Of a stretch of 64,000 nucleotides of DNA, positions 29,501-38,148 are shown one piece after another. The position numbers and the translations under genes were made by a program. The DNA comes from a virus. Lineage: Duplodnaviria > Heunggongvirae > Uroviricota > Caudoviricetes. The stretch is from the IMG/VR virus record IMGVR_UViG_3300006217_000002, one strand, 5' to 3'. Under the pieces are notes generated by a model. The model did no database searches and was not told the DNA's origin. It saw only the letters and a list, made by a program, of their open reading frames with translations. Each line of letters starts with the position of its first letter. Position 1 is the first letter of the stretch.

Positions 29501-31030
29501 GCTGAGAAGACTGTTGAACCTTATTCTACTCTTAATCCTGTAACTGAAGTTAGTAAAACGCATACTATATCTACGAAGGGATATAAAGGATCTAACTCAG
29601 AACATTCATATGATGAAGAGAAAAGATCTTATGATCCTTCAGCAATTGGAAAGTTGGCCATACAAACTTCTCCTGATAAGAATGTAGGTATAAATAGAGT
29701 GCTAGTTGTAGAACCTACAATTTCGAATGTAAGAGGATACAGGGAACCTGTTGATGATATTGAAGAACTCAAAGATGTTAATATCTTCTCTCCTGTAGAA
29801 ATGTTAACACCTGCAACAGCTAGAGTAGAAGATCCTATTCGTGTGTCCATTGGTGGTAAACAGTCAGGTCACGTTGTTCCTGTAGCAAATGCTTCCCCAT
29901 CATTAGTTTCTAATGGTTTTGATGAAGCATTACAGTTCCATTTATCTGATGACTTCGTAGTGAATGCTGAAGAAGATGGGAAGATAATTGAAATAAATGA
30001 AGAAGTTGGATTCATGGTAGTTCAGTATAAATCGGGTAAGAATAAAGCCATCAATATCAAACCTGAGGTTGTAAAGAACAGCGGTGGAGGATTCTATATC
30101 TCTAATAAGTTGAGACCAACTAAGACTAAAGTTGGAGAGACGTTTAAGAAAGACGAACCTCTCGCATATCATGATAAGTATTTCCAATATTCTAAGATTA
30201 ATGGTCTTAGATATGCTATTGGTCCATTAGCGAAGATAGCATTCATGTCAACATATAATACATATGAAGATGCAGGTATATGTACAGAAAGTTTGGCAGA
30301 ACGTATGAAGACTAGCGTTGTATATCAGGAACTTGGTAAGTTTAAGAAAAATAACAATATCATCTCTATGGTAGAAGTTGGGGACCATGTTAACATTGGA
30401 GATGTCTTAATCAAGTTTGATGTTTCTGTTGAAGATAATGAGTTAGCGAAATATTTATCAAAACTTTCAGATGATAATGCTGCTTTATTAGAAGAGGAAA
30501 CAAAAAATGATATCAAGACAATGCATGCTGGTAAAGTTATTGCTATTAAGGTATATACGTTATTAGCACCTGAACAACTATCTGAATCATTAGGAAGAGT
30601 AGTAAAGAAATATTTTGATAAGAGTACTACTAAGAAAGAATTCCTTGAGAAGTATGATCAAACTCCAGGAATTATGAAAGCTGGATATCTACTAACTGAT
30701 TCTACTGAACCTGTTAAGAGTAGATATAATTCAATAAAGGGTATTAAAGGAATAGATGTACTTATTGAAATTTATATCGAGCATGATGACGTTATGGGTG
30801 TTGGCGATAAGATCGCATTGTATTCAGCTAATAAACAGATCGTATCTGAAGTAATCCCTAAAGGTTGGGAACCGTACTCTGAGTTTAGGCCTGAGGAGGA
30901 AATATCTGCTTTCTCATCTCCTGGTACTATTGCAAGACGAATGACTCCAGGTTCATTATCTGTATCAGCATGTATGAAGTGTTTGATAGAGCTAAAGAGA
31001 AAAATAAAAAGTGAAATAAAGTATAGGTAA
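26576..31030 (+). CDS. Highly divergent RNA polymerase beta-like subunit (1484 aa)
   Basis: VGDKIALYSANKQIVSEVIPKGWEPY...PGTIARRMTPGSL (~30803-30960) resembles the rpoB motif GDKxAGRHGNKGV.SKI.P..DMPY...PSRMN.GQ. Confidence 0.5.
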   Translation: MDEMRFEDIGYGSHILEYPKDLSFSENVKYASAEFNKLHTRKVRLPDGKGNVIYLLTNTFDSAIRMINSNHFIIPPSYTKIFYPQFSAGSFMGKRYKVNTGKLKKDRDVVIKSKTRLKPYPTKKLQKSIENILFSTSDIYETFKPIMDRYSIKRCYEEFMSNFVDVLTKLTPEVTQQKDDPNWNNRLIIIDADSFSFKKDAKLNDNKTNPLYLIYLAFLRNRDLSNMNVDIDMMICSKNMFLKFNPAKTTMKTWSVFRQGLFRIINANLDDYTEKLSEEEKNELAETANDKIVTNIVKDATDPYTKNVSASTKAVVNNAVENKLRKQVAVVVAQDQEIKKTIGDEEPKPDLFKQSLQKQSAGSSLINRNPISNPLDKKHEKLFKNIAGYQSLGSDTGQYIDDDDEDFDYPYEDEDEEGVEEFEDGIKTDAQDLLINDADIAEEILDEIQDKVVPLKNDKNSPVNSARDKKLREEQKKVVVQNETIEQILERDTSNVKIQEEDKSSVMHTTNQNMHKIRFANFDKTYIDEIYMRDIVKCFDMLKDQESPFYITNIDIKDTSTTLDFKDTWTVSLKDELGKKHTIRVDIPKFQNDRFMLINGTRFMILKQNFYNPLVKDTPDTVILTTNYNKITIQRRSTKSLGTIERIFSLIKKSGDSDMFMTGDSSKGNMKYISSLEYDELSRRLFRFKSDNCLLCFSRDYIKDNMEDQIPSDIKGNEFFIGMEGKTPVLIDEDTGLDRTGRTIVDIIEANLPDQYKKIFDSIKGPKQSMFVEGKLAGEFIPIISTLIVWIGLTKALDKMNITWRFDPNAKRVPQSTSSKRYIRFADGVLEYEAKTYAELILNGLAKMKPEQFKFEDFNSEVGYDDFIYSQWGSYNGITELKNFKEFLIDPITKRVCQDMMLPDDPAGLLIRAVQLLSDNAYTSKASDKSYRTRSVEIIAAILYSCLATQYRAYVKSGRRIPMTLNQRCVISKLIAEKTVEPYSTLNPVTEVSKTHTISTKGYKGSNSEHSYDEEKRSYDPSAIGKLAIQTSPDKNVGINRVLVVEPTISNVRGYREPVDDIEELKDVNIFSPVEMLTPATARVEDPIRVSIGGKQSGHVVPVANASPSLVSNGFDEALQFHLSDDFVVNAEEDGKIIEINEEVGFMVVQYKSGKNKAINIKPEVVKNSGGGFYISNKLRPTKTKVGETFKKDEPLAYHDKYFQYSKINGLRYAIGPLAKIAFMSTYNTYEDAGICTESLAERMKTSVVYQELGKFKKNNNIISMVEVGDHVNIGDVLIKFDVSVEDNELAKYLSKLSDDNAALLEEETKNDIKTMHAGKVIAIKVYTLLAPEQLSESLGRVVKKYFDKSTTKKEFLEKYDQTPGIMKAGYLLTDSTEPVKSRYNSIKGIKGIDVLIEIYIEHDDVMGVGDKIALYSANKQIVSEVIPKGWEPYSEFRPEEEISAFSSPGTIARRMTPGSLSVSACMKCLIELKRKIKSEIKYR

Positions 31031-31034
31031 CATT

Positions 31035-31064
31035 AAAGCGGTGGGATTTACGTCCCACCGCTTG
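31035..31064 (+). terminator. Hairpin after the beta-like gene
   Basis: aaagcggtgggatttacgtcccaccgcttg. Confidence 0.5.
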
Positions 31065-31165
31065 ATGTATTTAAGAGAGTTTGTCAATGAATTATTTTAT
31101 TTATCGAACGCGCCAACATATATTTATTGTTCACAGAACAATAAGGGATTTGGAGTGCGTGTTCC

Positions 31166-31275
31166 CGCTTTGTTCGGTGGTAATTCGAACAATGGTTCTA
31201 ACTGCGGCGCGTTCGCCTGCAACTTGAACAATCTCGTTTCGAACTCGAACTGGAACATTGGCGCGGCTGTTTCTT
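31166..31275 (+). repeat. DGR template repeat (TR)
   Basis: 110 nt identical to the VR except at 11 adenines. Adenine-rich AAC/AAT codons in the VR reading frame. Confidence 0.9.
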
Positions 31276-31427
31276 TTATCCTCGTCGGGGCGTAAAACCC
31301 TTTTTGAATGCACTCTATCTTCCTCACCTCTTGGTGAAAATTTGCCCCATGCGTTGTTCGTTAGTAGCCTGTCGAAAGCGAAATAAGGGGATAAAAAGAG
31401 AGAACAGGCTATATCTAAAATGGAGGT

Positions 31428-32543
31428 TTGAATATGAAATCTTATAAAAATCTCTGGAAAATATTTATTTCAGAGAACACTATAAGGTATTCTATTTCAA
31501 AAGGTGCCATTGGGAAAAAGAAAAGGCGTGAAGTTAGAAAAATCATGAAAGATGTTGACGGTTACGTCGATGTCATTCATGATTACGCCTTGAATTTCCA
31601 TAATTATCATCATGAACCAGTCAAAATCCGTGATGGATGTAGTGGTAAGGAGCGAGAGATAATCGTTCCTAAATTTAATGAACACGTAATCCATCATATG
31701 GTGGTTTACGCGATGATGCCTTTGCTTACTAAAGGCATGTATAAACATACTTATTCTTCAATTCCTGGAAGAGGTCTTCATAAAGGAATGAAAAGAATCA
31801 GAACGTGGATTGACAATGATCCTAAAAATGTAAAGTATTGTCTTAAACTGGACATAAAAAAGTTCTTTAACTCGATTGATCATGAAATATTAATGAATAA
31901 ATTTAGAAAATATATTCATGACAATAAATTCTTGAAAATACTTCAAGAAATAGTTGATGCATCTCCTAATGGAATTCCTTTGGGATTTTATACTTCCCAT
32001 TGGTTTGCTAATTGGCTACTTCAACCTTTAGACCATTTTATCAAAGAAGAACTTCATATTGTTCACTATATAAGATATATGGATGATATGATTTTATTCG
32101 GGTCTAATAAGAGGCAATTGCATAAAGCTCGTAAAAAGATAGAAGAGTTTTTAAGTAATCTTAAATTAAAGATTAAAGATAATTGGCAATTGTTTAGATT
32201 CGATTATATCAAAAATGGAAAACATCATGGTCGTCCACTTGATTTCATAGGATTCAAATTCTATAGGGATAGAACTATTTTAAGGAAGAATATTATGTTA
32301 AGACTTACAAAGAAAGCGAGGAAAATCGAAAAGAAAGGTAAGTTTACAATTCATGACGCTCACCAAATGATGTCCTATTTAGGATGGATAGACTGGACTG
32401 ATACGTACAAAGTGTATACAAAGTACGTAGCTCCCTACATTAACTTTAAGAAGTGTAGAAAGTACATTTCACAGTATGATAAGAAACAGAGAAGACTTTT
32501 AAAAGAATTAAAGGAGGAATATAATTATGGAGCTGAATTTTAA
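31428..32543 (+). CDS. DGR reverse transcriptase
   Basis: IPGRGLHKGM, LDIKKFFNSIDHEIL, and YIRYMDDMILFG (YMDD, ~32076-32090). Sits 150 bp downstream of the TR. Confidence 0.9.
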   Translation: MNMKSYKNLWKIFISENTIRYSISKGAIGKKKRREVRKIMKDVDGYVDVIHDYALNFHNYHHEPVKIRDGCSGKEREIIVPKFNEHVIHHMVVYAMMPLLTKGMYKHTYSSIPGRGLHKGMKRIRTWIDNDPKNVKYCLKLDIKKFFNSIDHEILMNKFRKYIHDNKFLKILQEIVDASPNGIPLGFYTSHWFANWLLQPLDHFIKEELHIVHYIRYMDDMILFGSNKRQLHKARKKIEEFLSNLKLKIKDNWQLFRFDYIKNGKHHGRPLDFIGFKFYRDRTILRKNIMLRLTKKARKIEKKGKFTIHDAHQMMSYLGWIDWTDTYKVYTKYVAPYINFKKCRKYISQYDKKQRRLLKELKEEYNYGAEF

Positions 32544-32874
32544 GAAATCCCAGTCTCTAACTGAACCTGCATTGGTTGATAATACGTCTTCTAAGTATAC
32601 AACTTATATTAGACGTAATATTGAACTTGTAGAGAAGACAGAGAACAATTCAGAAGGTGGAGAGCCTACAACTGTTTCTGTATATGAATACGAAGAGGCT
32701 AAACTCACGAAACAGGAATATCTCATCTACCTTGCTGAACAGGCATCCGAGAGTAACAATACTGAGGCTCAGATGGCCATCGCTGAGCTTGCAGAATCTC
32801 TGGAAACTAACTACACAGAGCTTCAGTTAGCTCTTGCAGAGATGGCTGAAACAGTAACTACTATGATTAATTAA
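32527..32874 (+). CDS. Acidic hypothetical protein downstream of the RT
   Basis: ORF with AAGGAGG RBS. Confidence 0.45.
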   Translation: MELNFKKSQSLTEPALVDNTSSKYTTYIRRNIELVEKTENNSEGGEPTTVSVYEYEEAKLTKQEYLIYLAEQASESNNTEAQMAIAELAESLETNYTELQLALAEMAETVTTMIN

Positions 32875-32898
32875 AATATTTTAAGGAGGATAATTAAA

Positions 32899-33012
32899 AT
32901 GGTTAAACTTTACGTCGATCTTATTAGAAAAGGCCTTAGAACTGTCGATCAGGTTCCACCGAAGTGGAGAGAAGATGTAAGAGCTGAGTGTGAGAAACAG
33001 GGACTCATTTAA
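32899..33012 (+). CDS. Unlisted 37-aa micro-ORF, XkdX-like small phage protein
   Basis: ttaaggagga...ATG. Encodes MVKLYVDLIRKGLRTVDQVPPKWREDVRAECEKQGLI. Confidence 0.4.
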   Translation: MVKLYVDLIRKGLRTVDQVPPKWREDVRAECEKQGLI

Positions 33013-33041
33013 CAGCGGAATCAATAAGGGGGTGAGACATT

Positions 33042-33272
33042 ATGGTATGCCCCAGATGTTTTGGTAATGATGTGACACCTATAGGTACGACTCATTATGT
33101 GTGTAATAATCCTGATTGTAAACAAGAAGATGGATCACACGTTCAATTCAGAATGGTTCAGGATGATAAAGTTCATTTTCCTTATAACCAGATATTCGTA
33201 AACAGAGGAGTACATGAATTCTATAGATTGCCATATTTGACATTGCCATCAGTAGGAGTGAAAACTGTATAG
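33042..33272 (+). CDS. Zinc-ribbon small protein
   Basis: CPRCFGND...CNNPDCKQ. Confidence 0.45.
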   Translation: MVCPRCFGNDVTPIGTTHYVCNNPDCKQEDGSHVQFRMVQDDKVHFPYNQIFVNRGVHEFYRLPYLTLPSVGVKTV

Positions 33273-33281
33273 AACAAGTAA

Positions 33282-33312
33282 ATATCAGGGGAGGATGATC
33301 CTCCCCTGATAT
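33282..33312 (+). terminator. Intrinsic terminator
   Basis: atatcaggggaggatgatcctcccctgatat plus a T-run. Confidence 0.65.
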
Positions 33313-33363
33313 TTTTATTTATATATTATTACTATATAAAAATAATGAAGGAGGAATATATAT

Positions 33364-33783
33364 ATGAAAGCTGAAGCAACATTACAATGGATGGCTGATT
33401 TCTATCCTAGAATATTCCCTACAAGAAAACATGCATTGAATCATTTATTTTGTGTTTTGGGAAATGGTATGGAATGGAAAAATGGAGAACTTGTAGAGAA
33501 AGATTCTAAATATCTTCGAAGATACAGAATGATTGAGGATATTGAAAAAGCTGAATTTCCTAATGAAGATCAGTGGAATGAAATGCATGAGTTTTATACT
33601 GATATGTATAAAAGTTGCGATAAAGAAGAAAAGATACCATTTGAATATCAGTTTGAATGGTATCCATTAGCTGGAGATTATGAAAAACTTTATAACTATC
33701 CTAAGGATATTAAACCTGATTGGAAAGCACTTCTTGAAGAGTGTAAAGAGTTATTACGACAAGATGGTATACATGTAGAGTAG
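33364..33783 (+). CDS. Hypothetical protein
   Basis: RBS GAAGGAGG. Confidence 0.45.
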   Translation: MKAEATLQWMADFYPRIFPTRKHALNHLFCVLGNGMEWKNGELVEKDSKYLRRYRMIEDIEKAEFPNEDQWNEMHEFYTDMYKSCDKEEKIPFEYQFEWYPLAGDYEKLYNYPKDIKPDWKALLEECKELLRQDGIHVE

Positions 33784-33795
33784 AGGAGGTAAACT

Positions 33796-33999
33796 ATGGC
33801 TGCGAATAAGGAAATTGCTGAAGCTAAATCATTAAGATGGTTAGCTAATAATTTTCAGTATATTGAAAATCCAAAGGATGAATTAGATAAGATGAATAAT
33901 GCTATACATATTTATTGTACAGCAGGAGCAGATAAAATTGATTCACTCAATGATGAATTGACGGAACTGAAAGAGCTTTTAAATAGAAAGGAGAAATGA
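33796..33999 (+). CDS. Small hypothetical protein
   Basis: RBS GAGGAGG. Confidence 0.4.
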   Translation: MAANKEIAEAKSLRWLANNFQYIENPKDELDKMNNAIHIYCTAGADKIDSLNDELTELKELLNRKEK

Positions 34000-34003
34000 T
34001 ATT

Positions 34004-34153
34004 ATGACAAAGAAAAAGAAAAGTTTTAAAGGATCTAAAAAATATGGGATTAAGCATACAGAGAATCCTACAGGTAAAGTATTAACATCTACTGCTTATG
34101 GAGTAATGGGCGGAAAGATAAAGAACTATTCAAGGAACACAAGAGGAAAATAA
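34004..34153 (+). CDS. Unlisted 49-aa lysine-rich micro-ORF
   Basis: AAGGAG 10 nt upstream. Encodes MTKKKKSFKGSKKYGIKH... Confidence 0.3.
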   Translation: MTKKKKSFKGSKKYGIKHTENPTGKVLTSTAYGVMGGKIKNYSRNTRGK

Positions 34154-34155
34154 TA

Positions 34156-34401
34156 ATGATAGATTTATTAGGTAATATTATATTGGCTATATTTTGTTTA
34201 GGAGTAATCTTCATGTTAGGTTTATTATTCATTGCAGTTTTAATACCTGACGATGTTGAAGAAATTGATAATTCTGACGGTAGTATAGAATGTTGCTATA
34301 TCGACCGAAAGTGTATAAAGACTAAATTATATACAAAATGTAACAATTGTTCTGATTGTCCCATATATGAAGATATGGTAGAAAGGAATGAAAATGATTA
34401 G
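34156..34401 (+). CDS. Small membrane protein with a Cys-rich tail
   Basis: LLGNIILAIFCLGVIFMLGLLFIAVLI hydrophobic segment. Confidence 0.4.
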   Translation: MIDLLGNIILAIFCLGVIFMLGLLFIAVLIPDDVEEIDNSDGSIECCYIDRKCIKTKLYTKCNNCSDCPIYEDMVERNEND

Positions 34402-34756
34402 TTTAAAAGGTCCTTATGTTACAAGAAGAAAAATCGTTAAAATATTAAGATGGTTAAAAAATAGAGAATTCAGTGTAAAAGTTATATATGAATATAATAA
34501 TAGTATGGGAGGACATCAAGTAAGACAACATTCAGGTGTTATAGAAAAATTCTCTATTAAAGATGAGGATGGAGAATACAAAGTAAATATTATATTTAAC
34601 GATGGATATGAAATGTGTGAATGGTTGAATAGTGATTATGAATTTTATTATAAATTTCATCCTAAACATATGGAGCTTGTATACAATAATAGCGGACCAT
34701 TTTGTTATTTCATTATTGATGTATTAAATGATGAGATAACAAAAGAACACAAATAA
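34388..34756 (+). CDS. Hypothetical protein
   Basis: ORF. RBS gaaaggaa. Confidence 0.4.
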   Translation: MKMISLKGPYVTRRKIVKILRWLKNREFSVKVIYEYNNSMGGHQVRQHSGVIEKFSIKDEDGEYKVNIIFNDGYEMCEWLNSDYEFYYKFHPKHMELVYNNSGPFCYFIIDVLNDEITKEHK

Positions 34757-34771
34757 AGGAGGACATAAACA

Positions 34772-35107
34772 ATGAACATTGCACAAATTAAAGAAATGCT
34801 TAAAACTCCTCAATATGGGTTTTTAAAAGAGAATCAGCATCTTGGTTCAAATGTTATTTTGCTGACTCTTGGAGGTAGTCATGCATATGGAATGAATAAC
34901 GAAAATTCAGATCTTGATGTGAGAGGAATATCTTTAAATTCAAAAGAGGAAGTTTTACTTGGAAGAGACTTTGAGCAGGTAGTAAACGTAGAGACGGATA
35001 CAACTGTGTATTCATTCAATAAAATGATTCAGCTTCTTACATCCAATAACCCTAATACGATTGAAATACTTGGATGCAGAAATGATCATTATGTCTACCT
35101 AACTTAG
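34772..35107 (+). CDS. Minimal nucleotidyltransferase (MNT, Pol-beta fold). It ends at an in-frame TAG.
   Basis: LGGSHAYGMNNENSDLDVRGI (GS...DxD) at ~34871-34920. RBS AAGGAGG. Confidence 0.7.
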   Translation: MNIAQIKEMLKTPQYGFLKENQHLGSNVILLTLGGSHAYGMNNENSDLDVRGISLNSKEEVLLGRDFEQVVNVETDTTVYSFNKMIQLLTSNNPNTIEILGCRNDHYVYLT

Positions 35108-35254
35108 TTAGGTAGACAATTAATCGAAAAGAGGAAAATATTTCTATCTAAAATTTGTATTCATACATTTGCAGGATATGCTGGTTCACAGCTGAGGAGA
35201 TTGGAAAATAAATCAAATCGATTGGTTGGGCAAGCTCAACAGGAGCAGTATATC

Positions 35255-35800
35255 ATGAAGAGCGTCGCAAATGCACGATATGATTTTAAACATAGATATT
35301 ATCCTCACAATGAAGGCGGCATTAAGCTTTATATAGACGAAGCTGTACAGGAAGGATTCGAAACAGAGATATTTATTGATTGTAACTTGGAACATTATCC
35401 TTTACGTGATTATGCTGGAATGATTAATGAAATGAAATCTATTGTTAATCATTATGGCAAGATAGGTAAGCGAAACGAGAACGCAATTAGTCATAATAAG
35501 TTAGGCAAACATATGGCTCATTTGATCAGACTATATATGATGGCTATCGATATACTGGAAAAAGAGGAGATAATCACATATCGTGAAAACGAGCATGATC
35601 TATTAATGAGCATAAGGAATGGAGAGTATTTAGATTCAAATCGTCAACCTACTTCAGTATTCTATGATATTCTGAATGAATATGAGAAGAGATTTGATTA
35701 TGCTGTAGAAAATACTTCATTACCTGATAAGCCTAACATGAAAGAGATCGATGAGTTCAGAGCTTATGTAAATGAAATGATCGTGAAAGGAGAAATATAA
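35255..35800 (+). CDS. HEPN-like or NTase-associated helical domain protein. It lies in the same frame as the MNT; the track starts it at TTG 35201.
   Basis: Rx6H motif KRNENAISHN (~35470-35495). AGGAG 9 nt upstream of ATG 35255. No stop between 35108 and 35254 in the MNT frame. Confidence 0.55.
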   Translation: MKSVANARYDFKHRYYPHNEGGIKLYIDEAVQEGFETEIFIDCNLEHYPLRDYAGMINEMKSIVNHYGKIGKRNENAISHNKLGKHMAHLIRLYMMAIDILEKEEIITYRENEHDLLMSIRNGEYLDSNRQPTSVFYDILNEYEKRFDYAVENTSLPDKPNMKEIDEFRAYVNEMIVKGEI

Positions 35801-35802
35801 TC

Positions 35803-36732
35803 ATGGATATCTCTGTAAAATTAAAAGAAAGATTCTGTAAGGATTATAAGATTCCAATTAACTTATTTCAGGAGCCGTACTTTACTGAGCGAATCAATCT
35901 ATATGATAAAGTATATGGTACAATTAGTAAGTACGAAAGATTTATAAATGCGATGAAGAAATACTCCACAGAGCAAGATTATTTTGAAGAATATAATAGA
36001 ACTAAAGACGTAGCCATTGACTTTATCAAAGGAACAGAAGCATATCAACGATTTAATACAGAAGATATGAATAAGTTTGCTGTTGATAATAGAGGTATTT
36101 CTAAACACGATATTTTCAAACCATCTAATGATGGTAAGTTGTTTATCAGTATAGATATGGTCAAGGCTAACTTTTCTGCTTTATCGCATTATGATAGTTC
36201 TATATTTGGTGGAGCTGAAACTTGGGAGGAATTCATATCTAGATTTACAAACAATGATCATATTATCAATAGCAAATATATCCGTCAGGTCATTCTTGGA
36301 AATTGCAATCCAAAGAGACATGTTACTTACGAACGATATCTTATGTCGAAAGTTCTATATATTCTTGAAAATTGCAAATATATAGACAACGTCGTATTTT
36401 ACAGCGATGATGAAATTGTTCTAGATATGTCTAATAACTTTCTTAGTAGATATGAATTTGAAAAATTTTGTAGAATGTTTGGTCTTGTGTTTCCATTAAG
36501 ATTCGAATATTTTACGCTTCATAAAATAGGTGGAATTGATGGATATGCAAAATGCTTTCGCAGTGACTGTGGAGCACCAAGGGTAGAATTTAAGTGTATT
36601 GATGGATATTCTCTGCCTTTTATCATGAGAAAATATCTTGGTGAAGTTATCACTGAAAACGATAAAGTGTTTTATCATAATGGATATTTAGCAAAATATA
36701 TAGAAATTCCTAATGTAGAATTGAGGTGGTAA
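35803..36732 (+). CDS. Hypothetical protein (309 aa) within the nucleotidyltransferase/CCA operon
   Basis: ORF with AAAGGAG RBS. Confidence 0.5.
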   Translation: MDISVKLKERFCKDYKIPINLFQEPYFTERINLYDKVYGTISKYERFINAMKKYSTEQDYFEEYNRTKDVAIDFIKGTEAYQRFNTEDMNKFAVDNRGISKHDIFKPSNDGKLFISIDMVKANFSALSHYDSSIFGGAETWEEFISRFTNNDHIINSKYIRQVILGNCNPKRHVTYERYLMSKVLYILENCKYIDNVVFYSDDEIVLDMSNNFLSRYEFEKFCRMFGLVFPLRFEYFTLHKIGGIDGYAKCFRSDCGAPRVEFKCIDGYSLPFIMRKYLGEVITENDKVFYHNGYLAKYIEIPNVELRW

Positions 36733-38108
36733 ATTTGGCTATTAGTAAAATCATTGGGGAAATGAAAGCTATTTCTCGAATTTGTATACCTGATGAAGTA
36801 AGAAGCATCATTAATATGCTAAATGATTCAAATTACAAAGCATACGTTGTTGGAGGTGCAGTGAGGGATAGCATTCTTGGAAGAGAAGTACATGATTGGG
36901 ATATATGTACATCTGCAACTCCTTATGAAATGATGACTGTCTTTAAAGATTTGAGAGTTATAGAAACAGGTCTTCAACATGGTACTATCACTGTACTTAT
37001 TAATGATATGCCAATTGAAGTAACAACGTTCAGAATCGATGGTAAATATTCTGATAACAGAAGACCTGATAACGTTACATTCACTGACGATCTTACAGAA
37101 GATTTACGAAGAAGAGACTTCACTATGAATGCAATTGCTTACAATCCTACAACCGGTATTGTTGACCCATTTGATGGGATTGGTGATATCGAAGAAAAAG
37201 TAATTGTATGTGTAGGATCTGCAAAAGATCGTTTTGAAGAAGATGCCCTGAGAATTCTCAGGGCATTGAGGTTTGCTGGACAATTAAACTTTGCATTGGA
37301 TAGTGATATAACTAAAGAGATTAGGAATTTATATAAGTTATTATCTAATATATCAATGGAAAGAATAAACAGTGAATTTTGCAAAATTATGCAAACAGAT
37401 ATGATCAATGTTATTGTCTTACAATACCCTGAATTGTCCAAATTGCTTATTCCTGAACTTGAAGATATGAGAGACTTTAATCAAAATAATCCATACCATG
37501 AGTTTGATGTTTTATATCATACTATGATGGCGTTGAGACGAAGTGGAACTAAAGATCTGATCATTCGCCTAGCAATTTTATTTCATGATATTGGTAAACC
37601 TTTTTCATATCAGGACGGTGATGACGGTCATAGACATTTTAAAGGTCATGGAAGAATAAGTGCAGAAATAGCTGGTAAGATAATGACCCGTATGAAATTT
37701 GACAACGATACGAGGGATAAAGTTGTTGAATTAATATATTACCATGATGCAACATTTCAGGTAGGAAAGAAATATGTAAAACGGTGGCTGAATAAAATAG
37801 GAGAAGATCAGCTCAGGAGATTACTAATTCTTAGAAGAGCCGATATCATGGGACAGAAACTCAATTATGAAAAATCAAGAATTGACAAAGTTAGCAAAAT
37901 GGAATTAGTGCTTGATGAAGTTAAGAAAGATAACGAATGCTTTACACTGAAAGACTTAGCTGTCAATGGTAATGATCTTATTCAGTTAGAATATAAACCT
38001 GGAAAAGAACTTGGAAATGTATTGCACAAATTACTTGATGAGGTAATAGATGGTAATGTAAACAATGACAAAGATGAGCTATTAAAATTATCAGAATCTT
38101 TTCACTAA
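36726..38108 (+). CDS. cca: CCA-adding tRNA nucleotidyltransferase with an HD domain; GTG start
   Basis: YVVGGAVRDSILGREVHDWDICT (~36851-36920). HD region LFHDIGKP...HFKGHGRISAEIA. Confidence 0.85.
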   Translation: MVNLAISKIIGEMKAISRICIPDEVRSIINMLNDSNYKAYVVGGAVRDSILGREVHDWDICTSATPYEMMTVFKDLRVIETGLQHGTITVLINDMPIEVTTFRIDGKYSDNRRPDNVTFTDDLTEDLRRRDFTMNAIAYNPTTGIVDPFDGIGDIEEKVIVCVGSAKDRFEEDALRILRALRFAGQLNFALDSDITKEIRNLYKLLSNISMERINSEFCKIMQTDMINVIVLQYPELSKLLIPELEDMRDFNQNNPYHEFDVLYHTMMALRRSGTKDLIIRLAILFHDIGKPFSYQDGDDGHRHFKGHGRISAEIAGKIMTRMKFDNDTRDKVVELIYYHDATFQVGKKYVKRWLNKIGEDQLRRLLILRRADIMGQKLNYEKSRIDKVSKMELVLDEVKKDNECFTLKDLAVNGNDLIQLEYKPGKELGNVLHKLLDEVIDGNVNNDKDELLKLSESFH

Positions 38109-38148
38109 ATAGTTATATATTATACTACAAATAGAAAGGAGAAAAGAT

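Noticed and set aside
31041-31295. 84-aa ORF in the six-frame track
   Set aside because: It is the template repeat of the DGR read in the VR frame and has no RBS. The TR is a noncoding RNA template.
26046-31427. An Avd-like accessory variability determinant gene for the DGR
   Set aside because: No small basic helical ORF is adjacent to the TR or RT. The only small gene nearby (26144-26422) is acidic and on the target-gene strand.
35105-35107. Genome-wide TAG stop-codon recoding (TAG read as Gln, as in some gut megaphages) suggested by the in-frame TAG between the MNT and HEPN ORFs
   Set aside because: TAG terminates at least seven other well-supported genes here (for example 14975, 17796, 23156, 24004, 33270, 33781), each followed by an RBS and a new start. 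A global reassignment is therefore unlikely. At most this is a local readthrough or a pseudogene.
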